Notes under the pieces: generated by a model
What the model was told of the DNA's origin: nothing
What the model saw: only the letters and a program-made list of their open reading frames with translations
The model's database searches: none
Source of the DNA: Candidatus Moranbacteria bacterium UBA1362
GTDB taxonomy: Bacteria; Patescibacteriota; Minisyncoccia; Moranbacterales; GWC2-37-73
DNA: 64,000 nt
Assembly: GCA_002306085.1 (NCBI GenBank)
Contig: DBRS01000017.1
Coordinates: 1,482-65,481 of the forward strand
Direction: 5' to 3'
Shown: one piece after another, positions 56,157 through 64,000 of the stretch
Numbering within the stretch: the first letter of the stretch is position 1
Layout: each line of letters begins with the position of its first letter
Translations under genes and position numbers: made by a program

Positions 56157-58586
56157 TTATAGGCTTATCTTTTCACCTTTCTTTAGGTCGCCTGAAATGA
56201 TTTTTTTGGCAATGACGCTCTCAATTTTGTCTTCGATATACCTGTTGAGCGACCTTGCGCCGAAAATCGGGCTATATCCTTTGTCTATGATATCCAGAAC
56301 AACGTTTTCGTCAAACTCCAGTTGGATGTTTTTTTCCTTTGCAACCCTGCGGGCAAGTTTTTGGAGCTGAAGCCGCACGACGCTCTTTAGTTCGTTTCCG
56401 GCAAGCGGCCTGAAAAAGATCACGCCGTCGAAACGGTTCAAAAATTCTGTGCGGAATATATTATTTTCGATGGCATAGTCTACCGCGGCTTTTTTTATCT
56501 CTTCGGCGGCGCTTCCCTCATCAACCATCTTTTTGATTAGAGCCGCTCCGACATTTGAAGTAGCAATGATGATTGTGTTTCGAAAATTAATTTTTTCACC
56601 GAAAGCATCCGTAACGAACCCTTCATCCAAAATTTGCAAAAATAAATCCAGGATGTCCGGATAGGCTTTTTCTATCTCATCAAGCAAAACTATGGAATAA
56701 GGATTGTCTTTTATTTTAGTGGCAAGTCTTCCGGGCTGGTTCAGGTGGCTCGAGCCGAGAAGCCTGTCGACCGAACTGGGATTTTGGAATTCACTCATAT
56801 CAAAGCGCATCAATTTGTTCTCGTCACCGAAATACATTTTTGCAAGAGCTTTCGCCGTTTCCGTCTTCCCGACTCCGGTCGGACCGAGAAACATGAAGCT
56901 TCCAACCGGCTTTTGGGAATTTCTTATGCCGCTTCGCGCGCGTCTTAAGGCTTCCGAAACTTGTTTAATCGCTTCTTCCTGGCCGATTACTTGCCCATGC
57001 AAACGCTTTTCGAGATTAAGAAGTTTCTTCTTTTCGTCAGCGTCTATTTCCCCGTGCTGAATTCCGGTTTTCATTGTGAGATAGTCAGCAACAGTCTGTT
57101 CTTCAATGAGATGTTCCTGCGATTTTTTCTCCCAAAACATAAGTGTTTCCATCGCAAGATCTATCGCCCTTTCCGGAAGCGGAATCTTCCAATTGTATTT
57201 TTCCGACTCTTTGACAACCAATTTGAGCGCTTTGTATGTGAAAATCACTCTTTTGCTTTCGTGCTTTTCCAGTTCCATCAAAAGTATTTTGACGGCTTCC
57301 GTTTCGGAAGGCTCGCGCATTTCGATAACTTCAAAATATTTCGTGATTTCCTGATGCTTTTCAATCAATTCATGATATTCCTTCATGGTTGAAGTGGCGA
57401 TTATCCTGAACGAAGGAATGTCAAGAAATTCTCCGAGCACTGCGGAAATGTCGGGATGAAATGCGCTTTGATTTTTCCCCAAAAAATGCTCGACGTGTTC
57501 GATTGCCAGAATAACATTTCCCGCATAGCAACTTTCGGAAAAAATGAGCCGCAATTTGTTTTCAACATCTTCTCCGCGATTGATTGCATCGGCAATAACC
57601 CTGCCGAGATCCAGGAGCAGAATTCTTGCTTCGGCAAAACTTTTTTCATTCCTGAGACGCACATTGAGCGCAAACGCGTGAATAAGCGTTTTCTTGCCTA
57701 TGCCGCTGTCTCCCGCAAGCAAAACACAATTCTGATCGGGCCTCAGCATGATCATTTTTAGAAGTTCGTATTCATTATTCCTGCCCACAAGTTCCGATTT
57801 GAAATAACCTGTCGGATCGCCCTTCGAAAGATCCGTGCAATATCTGTCGAGATTGACGGTATATCCAAAACGCCACTGCCTTCCTATGGGAGTAGTTTTC
57901 TTGAGATTCTCGCTAAGCCAAAATTTTCCCGCATTATTTTTATCCCGCCAACGCTTGGTTTCCCATCTGACGATACTTTCAAATTCTTCGCCGCTTATAT
58001 TTTTTTCCTCAAGGAAATTTGCCAGCGATTTCTCGTCAGAAAAAATTGCGGAAAAAGTTTTTGGATCGGTTTCCACCCGATCGCATATTCTTTTGAAGAG
58101 CGGCTGCTTTGCGAGAAGCTCTGGTTTCATTTCGGATAATTCCGGTTTTGTGCTGCTGAAAAAAGACAGAAGCGAGGTCGCAAGCCATACCAGAACAATT
58201 GCAGCTACCGCAATCCAATTCAAACCAAGATAGAAATGCAAGGCAACAGTCGAAAACGGCGCACTGATCCAAAAGAAAACAAGAGCGAGACCAAGTGACA
58301 TTAAAACAAGAAGAAAAAATATCCCCAAAAGAATGACACAGAGGCGAACAAACGCTCCAAGCAACCTTGAAAACATGTTTTCAAAAAAAATTTCCAAACT
58401 CTTCAGCGGATGCCATCCGCGCCAATTTCCGGCTACGGCGTCGCGGTGCCATGGAGAAAAAAGCGTCAAAGAAAGTTCTTTAAGCGAAAAAAAATCCAAA
58501 ACAAAAACCAGGAAATTTTTCCAGATTTCAAATATTCCATGGATTCCTTCATTGAAGTACCAGGACAAAAAATTGAGACGTTTCAT
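56157..58586 (-). CDS. Membrane-anchored ClpA/ClpB-family AAA+ ATPase with degenerate first AAA domain
   Basis: N-terminal TMs; D1 GDSGIGKKT / LAIEHVEH; D2 VIGQEEA, GPTGVGKT, DMSEF, LLDEIEKA, EFLNRFD, GARSL. Start taken at ATG 58586. Confidence 0.88.
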   Translation of the reverse strand: MKRLNFLSWYFNEGIHGIFEIWKNFLVFVLDFFSLKELSLTLFSPWHRDAVAGNWRGWHPLKSLEIFFENMFSRLLGAFVRLCVILLGIFFLLVLMSLGLALVFFWISAPFSTVALHFYLGLNWIAVAAIVLVWLATSLLSFFSSTKPELSEMKPELLAKQPLFKRICDRVETDPKTFSAIFSDEKSLANFLEEKNISGEEFESIVRWETKRWRDKNNAGKFWLSENLKKTTPIGRQWRFGYTVNLDRYCTDLSKGDPTGYFKSELVGRNNEYELLKMIMLRPDQNCVLLAGDSGIGKKTLIHAFALNVRLRNEKSFAEARILLLDLGRVIADAINRGEDVENKLRLIFSESCYAGNVILAIEHVEHFLGKNQSAFHPDISAVLGEFLDIPSFRIIATSTMKEYHELIEKHQEITKYFEVIEMREPSETEAVKILLMELEKHESKRVIFTYKALKLVVKESEKYNWKIPLPERAIDLAMETLMFWEKKSQEHLIEEQTVADYLTMKTGIQHGEIDADEKKKLLNLEKRLHGQVIGQEEAIKQVSEALRRARSGIRNSQKPVGSFMFLGPTGVGKTETAKALAKMYFGDENKLMRFDMSEFQNPSSVDRLLGSSHLNQPGRLATKIKDNPYSIVLLDEIEKAYPDILDLFLQILDEGFVTDAFGEKINFRNTIIIATSNVGAALIKKMVDEGSAAEEIKKAAVDYAIENNIFRTEFLNRFDGVIFFRPLAGNELKSVVRLQLQKLARRVAKEKNIQLEFDENVVLDIIDKGYSPIFGARSLNRYIEDKIESVIAKKIISGDLKKGEKISL

Positions 58587-58809
58587 TTTGAAATTATTTA
58601 AATTTCTCACACATCTGAAAGCGCGCGGAAAGCACAAATTTTTTGTAAAGATGAATCAAGCTTCTTTATTACATAATTTTACATCATCAAATATCGCTTT
58701 GCAAATATGAAAATTTGATTGTATAATTGGAATGTCGCCAGCTGAAAAACTCTCGGTTTACAGCCAAAAAATATTTAAATTGCGGTCATCTAAACTACGC
58801 AAAAAACCG

Positions 58810-60609
58810 ATGGAAAACAAAAAATTATCACTTTCGGATTATCATATATTCTTTCTGAAATCAATCTTTTTTCTGGGAATAGTTTGGGTAAGCTTTATCC
58901 TCGCGCTTTTGGGATTTTTTTATGCTTCTTTTATTTGGATCGCCGCCGTAATTTGCGGAATTTTTTTCTTTTGGAACGCCGCTTCGCGCGGTATGCGTCT
59001 CACGCCTTCTGCAGAAATGATGATCGCAAGCGCAGTCATCGCGCTTATTGCGCTGTCATTTTCAATCTTTTCCACTCCCACTGTATTTTCCGGACGCGAT
59101 CAGGGATCCATAAGCGAGGCAGCGATACGGCTTGCCCAAAACCATACGATCGAATTTTCAACTCCAGCAAGCAGTGAATTTTTCAAGATATACGGACCGG
59201 GACGCGCCCTGAATTTCCCGGGCTTTTATTATACCGAAAACGGCCAGCTGACAAGCCAGTTTCCTTTGGTCTACATCGTTTGGCTTGCGCTGTTTTTTGC
59301 CTTATTTGGAACAACTGGATTTGCAGTCGCAAACGCCATTTTGGGATTCATGTTCCTAATGGCGCTATATCTGTTGCTGCGATTTTTCCTGAAGATCCCT
59401 TCTTCTTCTCTCGGAATCGCTTTCATCGCGACATCATTCATCTTTATGTGGTTCTCAAAGTTTACGCTGAGCGAAAATATGGCACTGCCCATACTTTGGA
59501 TTTCCATATTGTCTCTTATTCTTTTTTTAAGAAGACCCCGCAAACTCAGCTACGCGGTTCTTCTCGCGTCATCAGCTCTTATATGCTTTACAAGAATAGA
59601 AGGATTCGCTTTTTTTGTGGTATCCATAGCAATAATTTTTCTCAGCAGAGATGCTAGGGAATTCATCAAGGCCAAAATATTAAAAAGAATATTGCTGCCA
59701 CTGGGCTTCTTTGTCGCGATCCTGCTCTTGAATGCGGTGCAAGACATAAGCTTTTATATCGAACTTGCCAAAACATTAATCCCCAAAGTGACTCCTCCAC
59801 AGGCCCAGCAACTCGGAGAAATGAAAAACACGGTGCTTCCTCCTTTTTATACAGGAAAAATATTTCATTTGTACGGTCTTCTCGGATTCTTCATTTTGGG
59901 CATGCTGGGAGCAGTTGTGCAGGCGCTGAAAAAAGACGTCAGCAAACTTATCCCCCTGTTTGTCGTTGCTCCCACATTCATATATTTCCTGAATTCCCAC
60001 ATCACACCGGATCATCCCTGGATGCTCAGAAGATTCGCTTTCTCTATCTTTCCTGCCGCTGTTTTCTATACAGCGATCCTGGTTGGAGAGCAAATTGAAA
60101 AAAATCAGGCAAGCAGCAGAGAAAAGAAACTGAAATTTATTTCTATTTTTATTTCCCTGGCACTTATCGCTGGAAATCTTGTAGCATTTGTTCGCTATTT
60201 CCCGTTTTCTGAACACAAAAATCTTCTTGCGCAAACGGAAATGATCAGCGAACAATTCTCATCGAACGATCTCGTCCTTCTGGACCGTGAAGTCACAGGT
60301 GACGGCTGGTCGATGATAAGTGGACCGATGAGTTCCCTTTTTGGGAAAAATGCAGTATATTTTTTCAATAACCAGGATTTCAACAAATTAGATTTGGATA
60401 AGTTTGAAAAAGTCTATCTTATGGCACCTGCAAGCAAAGCCAATTATTATCTTAACAGCACCATAGGAAACAGACTATCACCCGTAAACAATTACAGCTT
60501 TACCTTTCCGAAGCTGAATATGGGGCAAAAGGATCCGCTTAAAAAAGTGATCTTTCCTGAAAAGAAAGAATTCTTAGTGACAGGAAAAATTTTCCAAGTA
60601 TCAAAATAA
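58810..60609 (+). CDS. Polytopic membrane protein, GT-C/ArnT-PMT-like glycosyltransferase candidate
   Basis: Many TMs; first loop GRDQGS; FPLVY, LSEN, TRIEG, RRF motifs; soluble C-terminal domain. Start 58810 preferred over 58732. Confidence 0.6.
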   Translation: MENKKLSLSDYHIFFLKSIFFLGIVWVSFILALLGFFYASFIWIAAVICGIFFFWNAASRGMRLTPSAEMMIASAVIALIALSFSIFSTPTVFSGRDQGSISEAAIRLAQNHTIEFSTPASSEFFKIYGPGRALNFPGFYYTENGQLTSQFPLVYIVWLALFFALFGTTGFAVANAILGFMFLMALYLLLRFFLKIPSSSLGIAFIATSFIFMWFSKFTLSENMALPILWISILSLILFLRRPRKLSYAVLLASSALICFTRIEGFAFFVVSIAIIFLSRDAREFIKAKILKRILLPLGFFVAILLLNAVQDISFYIELAKTLIPKVTPPQAQQLGEMKNTVLPPFYTGKIFHLYGLLGFFILGMLGAVVQALKKDVSKLIPLFVVAPTFIYFLNSHITPDHPWMLRRFAFSIFPAAVFYTAILVGEQIEKNQASSREKKLKFISIFISLALIAGNLVAFVRYFPFSEHKNLLAQTEMISEQFSSNDLVLLDREVTGDGWSMISGPMSSLFGKNAVYFFNNQDFNKLDLDKFEKVYLMAPASKANYYLNSTIGNRLSPVNNYSFTFPKLNMGQKDPLKKVIFPEKKEFLVTGKIFQVSK

Positions 60610-60621
60610 CAGGATTTTCTC

Positions 60622-61956
60622 ATGATCAATCTGACAAAGGAAATTAAGCTAAAACACGACCTGCAAAAAAAATATGTGGCGGCCCTGGTTGTCCTTTATG
60701 TTACTTTTTTGGCCGGCATGTTTTTTGTTGCGTATCGTATACTCTTTCCGTCAGCGCCTCTCTTTTTCTCTTTCAGCAATGCCAATGCTCTTAAAAATAA
60801 TTTGCTGTTTCCAAGAACAAGCGGTTGGGACACTCCGGAGAAAGGCATCATCAAAGCCGGAGAAAAATTTATTTTTAATGCGGCTCCTTCCGGTTTTTTT
60901 TCAAAGGCAAAAATTTCTTTCGCGCCTGAAAGCAGTGCCGACATCAAAGGAACACGCGTAGATGCCAGAAAATCATACATGGCATTTTTCTTGCCCGATG
61001 GCAATCCGGTGGGCTTTAAGGATGGCACACTTCTTACATCGAAAGAAAAATATTACATTGTTTCAAACGGAGTGTTGCGCGAATTTGAAAATCAGAGTTT
61101 GATGCAGGAAATGGGATATTCCAAAAACGCGTTCACGCAAGTCAAAGAAGATGATCTGGGATATAACGCGCACGGAGAAATGATTTCAGATCCGCAAAAA
61201 TACCCCGATAACACCGCTTTTTTCGTGGATGACATCTATTATCAACTAAAAAATGGCGAGCTTTTTCCTTTTGTGAGTGAAAAAGCGTTTCTTTCGTCTT
61301 TCGATCCGTCGCAAGCAATAACTAAATCAAGTGATTTTCTTTCACTTTATCCAGTTTCAGAAGACCTGCTCGGCTACGCAGATGGAACGCTTGGTTCATT
61401 TGACGGATCAGTTTACATCTTAAGCAACATGAAAAGCTATCCGATTATAAATCCTGAAACTTTCGTTTCCATGGGATACGACTGGAACACAGTTATTCCT
61501 CTTGATTCTGAAGAAATAAGTATATATGAAAAACAAAAAACTTTTACCCGCAGCCAAATGCATCCGGATGGCACACTTTTTCTGGATGAAAAAAGTGGAA
61601 AATATTATGTGGTTTCTAGCATGACAAAACACCCCATTGAATCTGACGCGGTGGCAAAAACATACCGCAAGCAAAAACCGGTTCTCGCAAGCCTTGAAGA
61701 CAGCGAGAAAGTTTTTTCCTGCGACCTTAAGGATGAAGACCTTACTTTGAACATATATTCCTGCACAATTCCCGTTGTTGAAATGGAGTTATTCCCCGGT
61801 AACGCATACGAAATCAGCACTATATTCGGCGACGACGCCAATCTACAGACAATGAACATGACTTTCCGCACGTCTTTTACATGGAAAAATTTCATGCTTT
61901 CGCTTTCCAATATAAAAAACAGGATTCTGACCAACTACAACATAACTCCGGAATAA
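60622..61956 (+). CDS. Membrane-anchored surface protein with four ~60-aa 'DGTL...YY.......F..MGY' repeats
   Basis: One N-terminal TM; repeats begin FKDGTL, YPDNTA, YADGTL and HPDGTL. Confidence 0.75.
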   Translation: MINLTKEIKLKHDLQKKYVAALVVLYVTFLAGMFFVAYRILFPSAPLFFSFSNANALKNNLLFPRTSGWDTPEKGIIKAGEKFIFNAAPSGFFSKAKISFAPESSADIKGTRVDARKSYMAFFLPDGNPVGFKDGTLLTSKEKYYIVSNGVLREFENQSLMQEMGYSKNAFTQVKEDDLGYNAHGEMISDPQKYPDNTAFFVDDIYYQLKNGELFPFVSEKAFLSSFDPSQAITKSSDFLSLYPVSEDLLGYADGTLGSFDGSVYILSNMKSYPIINPETFVSMGYDWNTVIPLDSEEISIYEKQKTFTRSQMHPDGTLFLDEKSGKYYVVSSMTKHPIESDAVAKTYRKQKPVLASLEDSEKVFSCDLKDEDLTLNIYSCTIPVVEMELFPGNAYEISTIFGDDANLQTMNMTFRTSFTWKNFMLSLSNIKNRILTNYNITPE

Positions 61957-61957
61957 A

Positions 61958-62368
61958 ATGCGCAAAATCGATCTTAGAAAAATTTGCAAAGATAAAGACA
62001 TACATATGGCAGCCTACAAATTACTCAACAATTTGTTGCTGCTTTTGCTTATCGCTTTCACGGGCACAATATTCGCCGAAAGCCTTCTTCCGGGAATCAT
62101 AACTTCCCAGATAGGCTTCACGAGCATAGCGTCAGCCATTCTCCTGACAATGCTCGCGCTAATTTGGATTGGAAACAAATATCAGATAAGATATGAAAAG
62201 CTTCCTCTTAGAAAAACAAGGATCGTTCCGATTTTGGCTTTCGTTTCTTTTCTGCTCTTGGGCAACTCCATGTTAAAATTCGACCTGTGGGAAAATATCA
62301 TAATAACAATGTCTGTTTTATTTTTTATGCTTCTGCTTTACCAGCAGATATTTGAAGCAAAAAAATAG
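61958..62368 (+). CDS. Small 4-TM membrane protein
   Basis: Hydrophobic segments; starts 1 bp after the upstream stop codon. Confidence 0.7.
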   Translation: MRKIDLRKICKDKDIHMAAYKLLNNLLLLLLIAFTGTIFAESLLPGIITSQIGFTSIASAILLTMLALIWIGNKYQIRYEKLPLRKTRIVPILAFVSFLLLGNSMLKFDLWENIIITMSVLFFMLLLYQQIFEAKK

Positions 62369-62404
62369 AAATTACAGACGGAATTTCGCCGCACTTCCTA
62401 TAAT

Positions 62405-62443
62405 AAAAAATGAAACGGCATCATAAAGCCGTTTTTTATTTTT
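62405..62443. terminator. Probable bidirectional terminator
   Basis: AAACGGC...GCCGTTT with flanking A/T tracts between convergent genes. Confidence 0.6.
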
Positions 62444-62475
62444 ATGTTTTATACAAGAATTATTGCCACGGTTAA

Positions 62476-63615
62476 TCACCTGTTTTTTCGCGCATCAAGT
62501 AAAACCTTCAGCGTTTCTTCGGCACACTTCCGCCATGAAAATTTTTGCGCCTGCTTAAATCCTTTTTCTATCAATTCTTTTCTTTTGTCATCATAAGCAA
62601 TAATTTTCTCAATATTTTCTGCTAAAGCAACGGGATTTTCCGCATCGAAAAACAATGCCGCATTTCCGGCCACTTCGGGAATGCTTGAATTTTTTGCAGA
62701 AATGACGGGAACTCCTGAAGCCATTGCTTCAAGAATCGGAATTCCAAAACCTTCGTACAGTGAGGGAAAAATGAAAATTAAGGCGTTTTGATAAAACGCC
62801 GGAAGATGCTCAAAAGGCATTGTGTCTGTTATAACAATATCCTCCTTGAAACTGCTTTGGGAAATTTTTTCAAATACTTCTTCATATTTCCAGGCTGGAG
62901 CTCCGGCAATGGCAAGCTTGATTTTGCTGTTGCCTTTTTTAATGATTTCAAAAGCATCTATCAAAACATTGATGTTTTTCCTAGGCTGGATAGCTCCAAC
63001 ATAAAGAAGGTAATTGCCGGATTCCAGCCCATATTTTTTCAGAATATCGATTGCCGCCACCTCTGAGCTTATTTTCTTTTCAAACAATTCGCGATCAAAA
63101 CCGTTGTGCACCACAGAAATTTTTCCTTCTTTCACGTCGGGATAAAACTTCAATATGTCTTTTTTTGTAGAATTGGAAATCGCGATTATGTGGTCTGCCG
63201 ACCGCACCGCTTTGTCTGTAAGCATATTAAGTTTGAATAAATCTTTTGCGGTAAAATGCTCAGGAAAAATCTTAAAAGCCAAATCATGAATAGTGACCAC
63301 AGTCTTGAGATTTCTTCTTCGCAATATGGGCAAATTCTGAACCGGCATCCAAAGAACATCAGAACTGTCTCTGAAAATTCGGAACGCGAATGCCGTTTGA
63401 GTCCAAAACGCCCGCGATTGACATCTTTCAAAAAAATAATTTGGAAATTTGGGAGGTTTAAGTTTCGGATTAAAGTTTGATTTGTGATAGATGAAAAAAG
63501 AATTTTCCCTGTCGATCTTTCCGAAATTTTTAAGAATATTTAAAAGATAGACCCTGGTGCCGTCTATCCTTTGATGATCCAAATCTGCTGCGTGAACTGC
63601 AATTTTCATATTCAA
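62476..63615 (-). CDS. Glycosyltransferase family 4 (MtfB/WbpY-like)
   Basis: VVTIHDL, IAISNSTKKD, VGAIQPRKN, FPSLYEGFGIPILEAMASGVP, FSW. Confidence 0.92.
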   Translation of the reverse strand: MNMKIAVHAADLDHQRIDGTRVYLLNILKNFGKIDRENSFFIYHKSNFNPKLKPPKFPNYFFERCQSRAFWTQTAFAFRIFRDSSDVLWMPVQNLPILRRRNLKTVVTIHDLAFKIFPEHFTAKDLFKLNMLTDKAVRSADHIIAISNSTKKDILKFYPDVKEGKISVVHNGFDRELFEKKISSEVAAIDILKKYGLESGNYLLYVGAIQPRKNINVLIDAFEIIKKGNSKIKLAIAGAPAWKYEEVFEKISQSSFKEDIVITDTMPFEHLPAFYQNALIFIFPSLYEGFGIPILEAMASGVPVISAKNSSIPEVAGNAALFFDAENPVALAENIEKIIAYDDKRKELIEKGFKQAQKFSWRKCAEETLKVLLDARKNR

Positions 63616-64000
63616 AGCGCTCTAAAAACATTTTGATGACGTTTTACGCCAATACTATCTAAAAAATCGGCAAGCTCCTTTCCTTTTATTTCCCTAAACG
63701 CTCCGGCAGCAAGATTTCCCAAACATATGTTTGCGATTCTTACTCTCGAGATATCCACGGCCGTCCATCCCAAATTCGCGCACATACGCCTTATCTCATG
63801 CTTTTTTTCTTCAAACATGATAATCCTGAATGCCGTGTCGCTTTTTTTCTTGACTTCAGCCGGTCTTGTTTTGACGTCTTCAAGCTGGACACCATGGCTC
63901 ATGGCCTTAAGAAAAGTATTTGTGATAGACTTGTCTGTTGAAACGACGTATTCCCTTTCGTACTGCTGTTGCTGATCAAGAAGCCTGCTTGCTATCCTTC
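63612..64000 (-). CDS. RsuA/RluB/RluF-family pseudouridine synthase, C-terminal part (5' end beyond the window)
   Basis: Frame is open to the window edge; EREYVV, GVQL...TRPA, EEKKHEIRRMC, RVRIAN. Confidence 0.88.
   Translation of the reverse strand, partial: RIASRLLDQQQQYEREYVVSTDKSITNTFLKAMSHGVQLEDVKTRPAEVKKKSDTAFRIIMFEEKKHEIRRMCANLGWTAVDISRVRIANICLGNLAAGAFREIKGKELADFLDSIGVKRHQNVFRAL

Noticed and set aside
1-64000. Alternative genetic code (UGA=Gly, as in Gracilibacteria/Absconditabacteria)
   Set aside because: Conserved genes are full length under code 11, and TGA serves as a normal stop (e.g. the GGDEF gene, mrdA, murG).

Overview
This 64 kb window is gene-dense chromosomal DNA from a Candidate Phyla Radiation bacterium (Patescibacteria). 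It looks Parcubacteria-like, possibly Moranbacteria; this is inferred from gene content and protein style, not from a search. It uses the standard genetic code and almost all genes are on the minus strand. Housekeeping genes dominate: alaS, mnmA, pheST, tyrS, secDF, secA, hpf, murBCG, ftsW, trmD, folC, khpA, rnpB, mrdA-mreDCB, mltG, pcm, trxAB, uppS, a polyprenyl synthase, tRNA-Glu(CTC), murF-ftsI-ftsL-rsmH-mraZ, glycosyltransferases and a Clp-like ATPase. No CRISPR array, transposase, integrase or prophage was seen. Two signals are not explained by standard annotation. (1) Three secreted proteins with different passenger domains (two beta-helix-like, one jelly-roll-like) all end in the same 14-residue tail in exact register, D-x-x-[AP]-P-A-x-P-x-[GS]-L-x-V-x-stop; this is a candidate undescribed C-terminal sorting or strand-donation display system. 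(2) Arrays of the palindrome TTACGTAA at exactly 12-bp spacing occur at four intergenic sites, plus one TTATATAA variant. One lies directly in front of a small AbrB-fold gene and one directly in front of a tailed secreted protein, suggesting a regulon. Other points of note are a SecD carrying an apparently circularly permuted parvulin insert, a membrane-anchored Clp ATPase with a degenerate first AAA ring, long stems that fold preferentially on the mRNA strand in operon spacers, and in-frame palindromic insertions. All calls come from reading the sequence by eye; no database searches were run.
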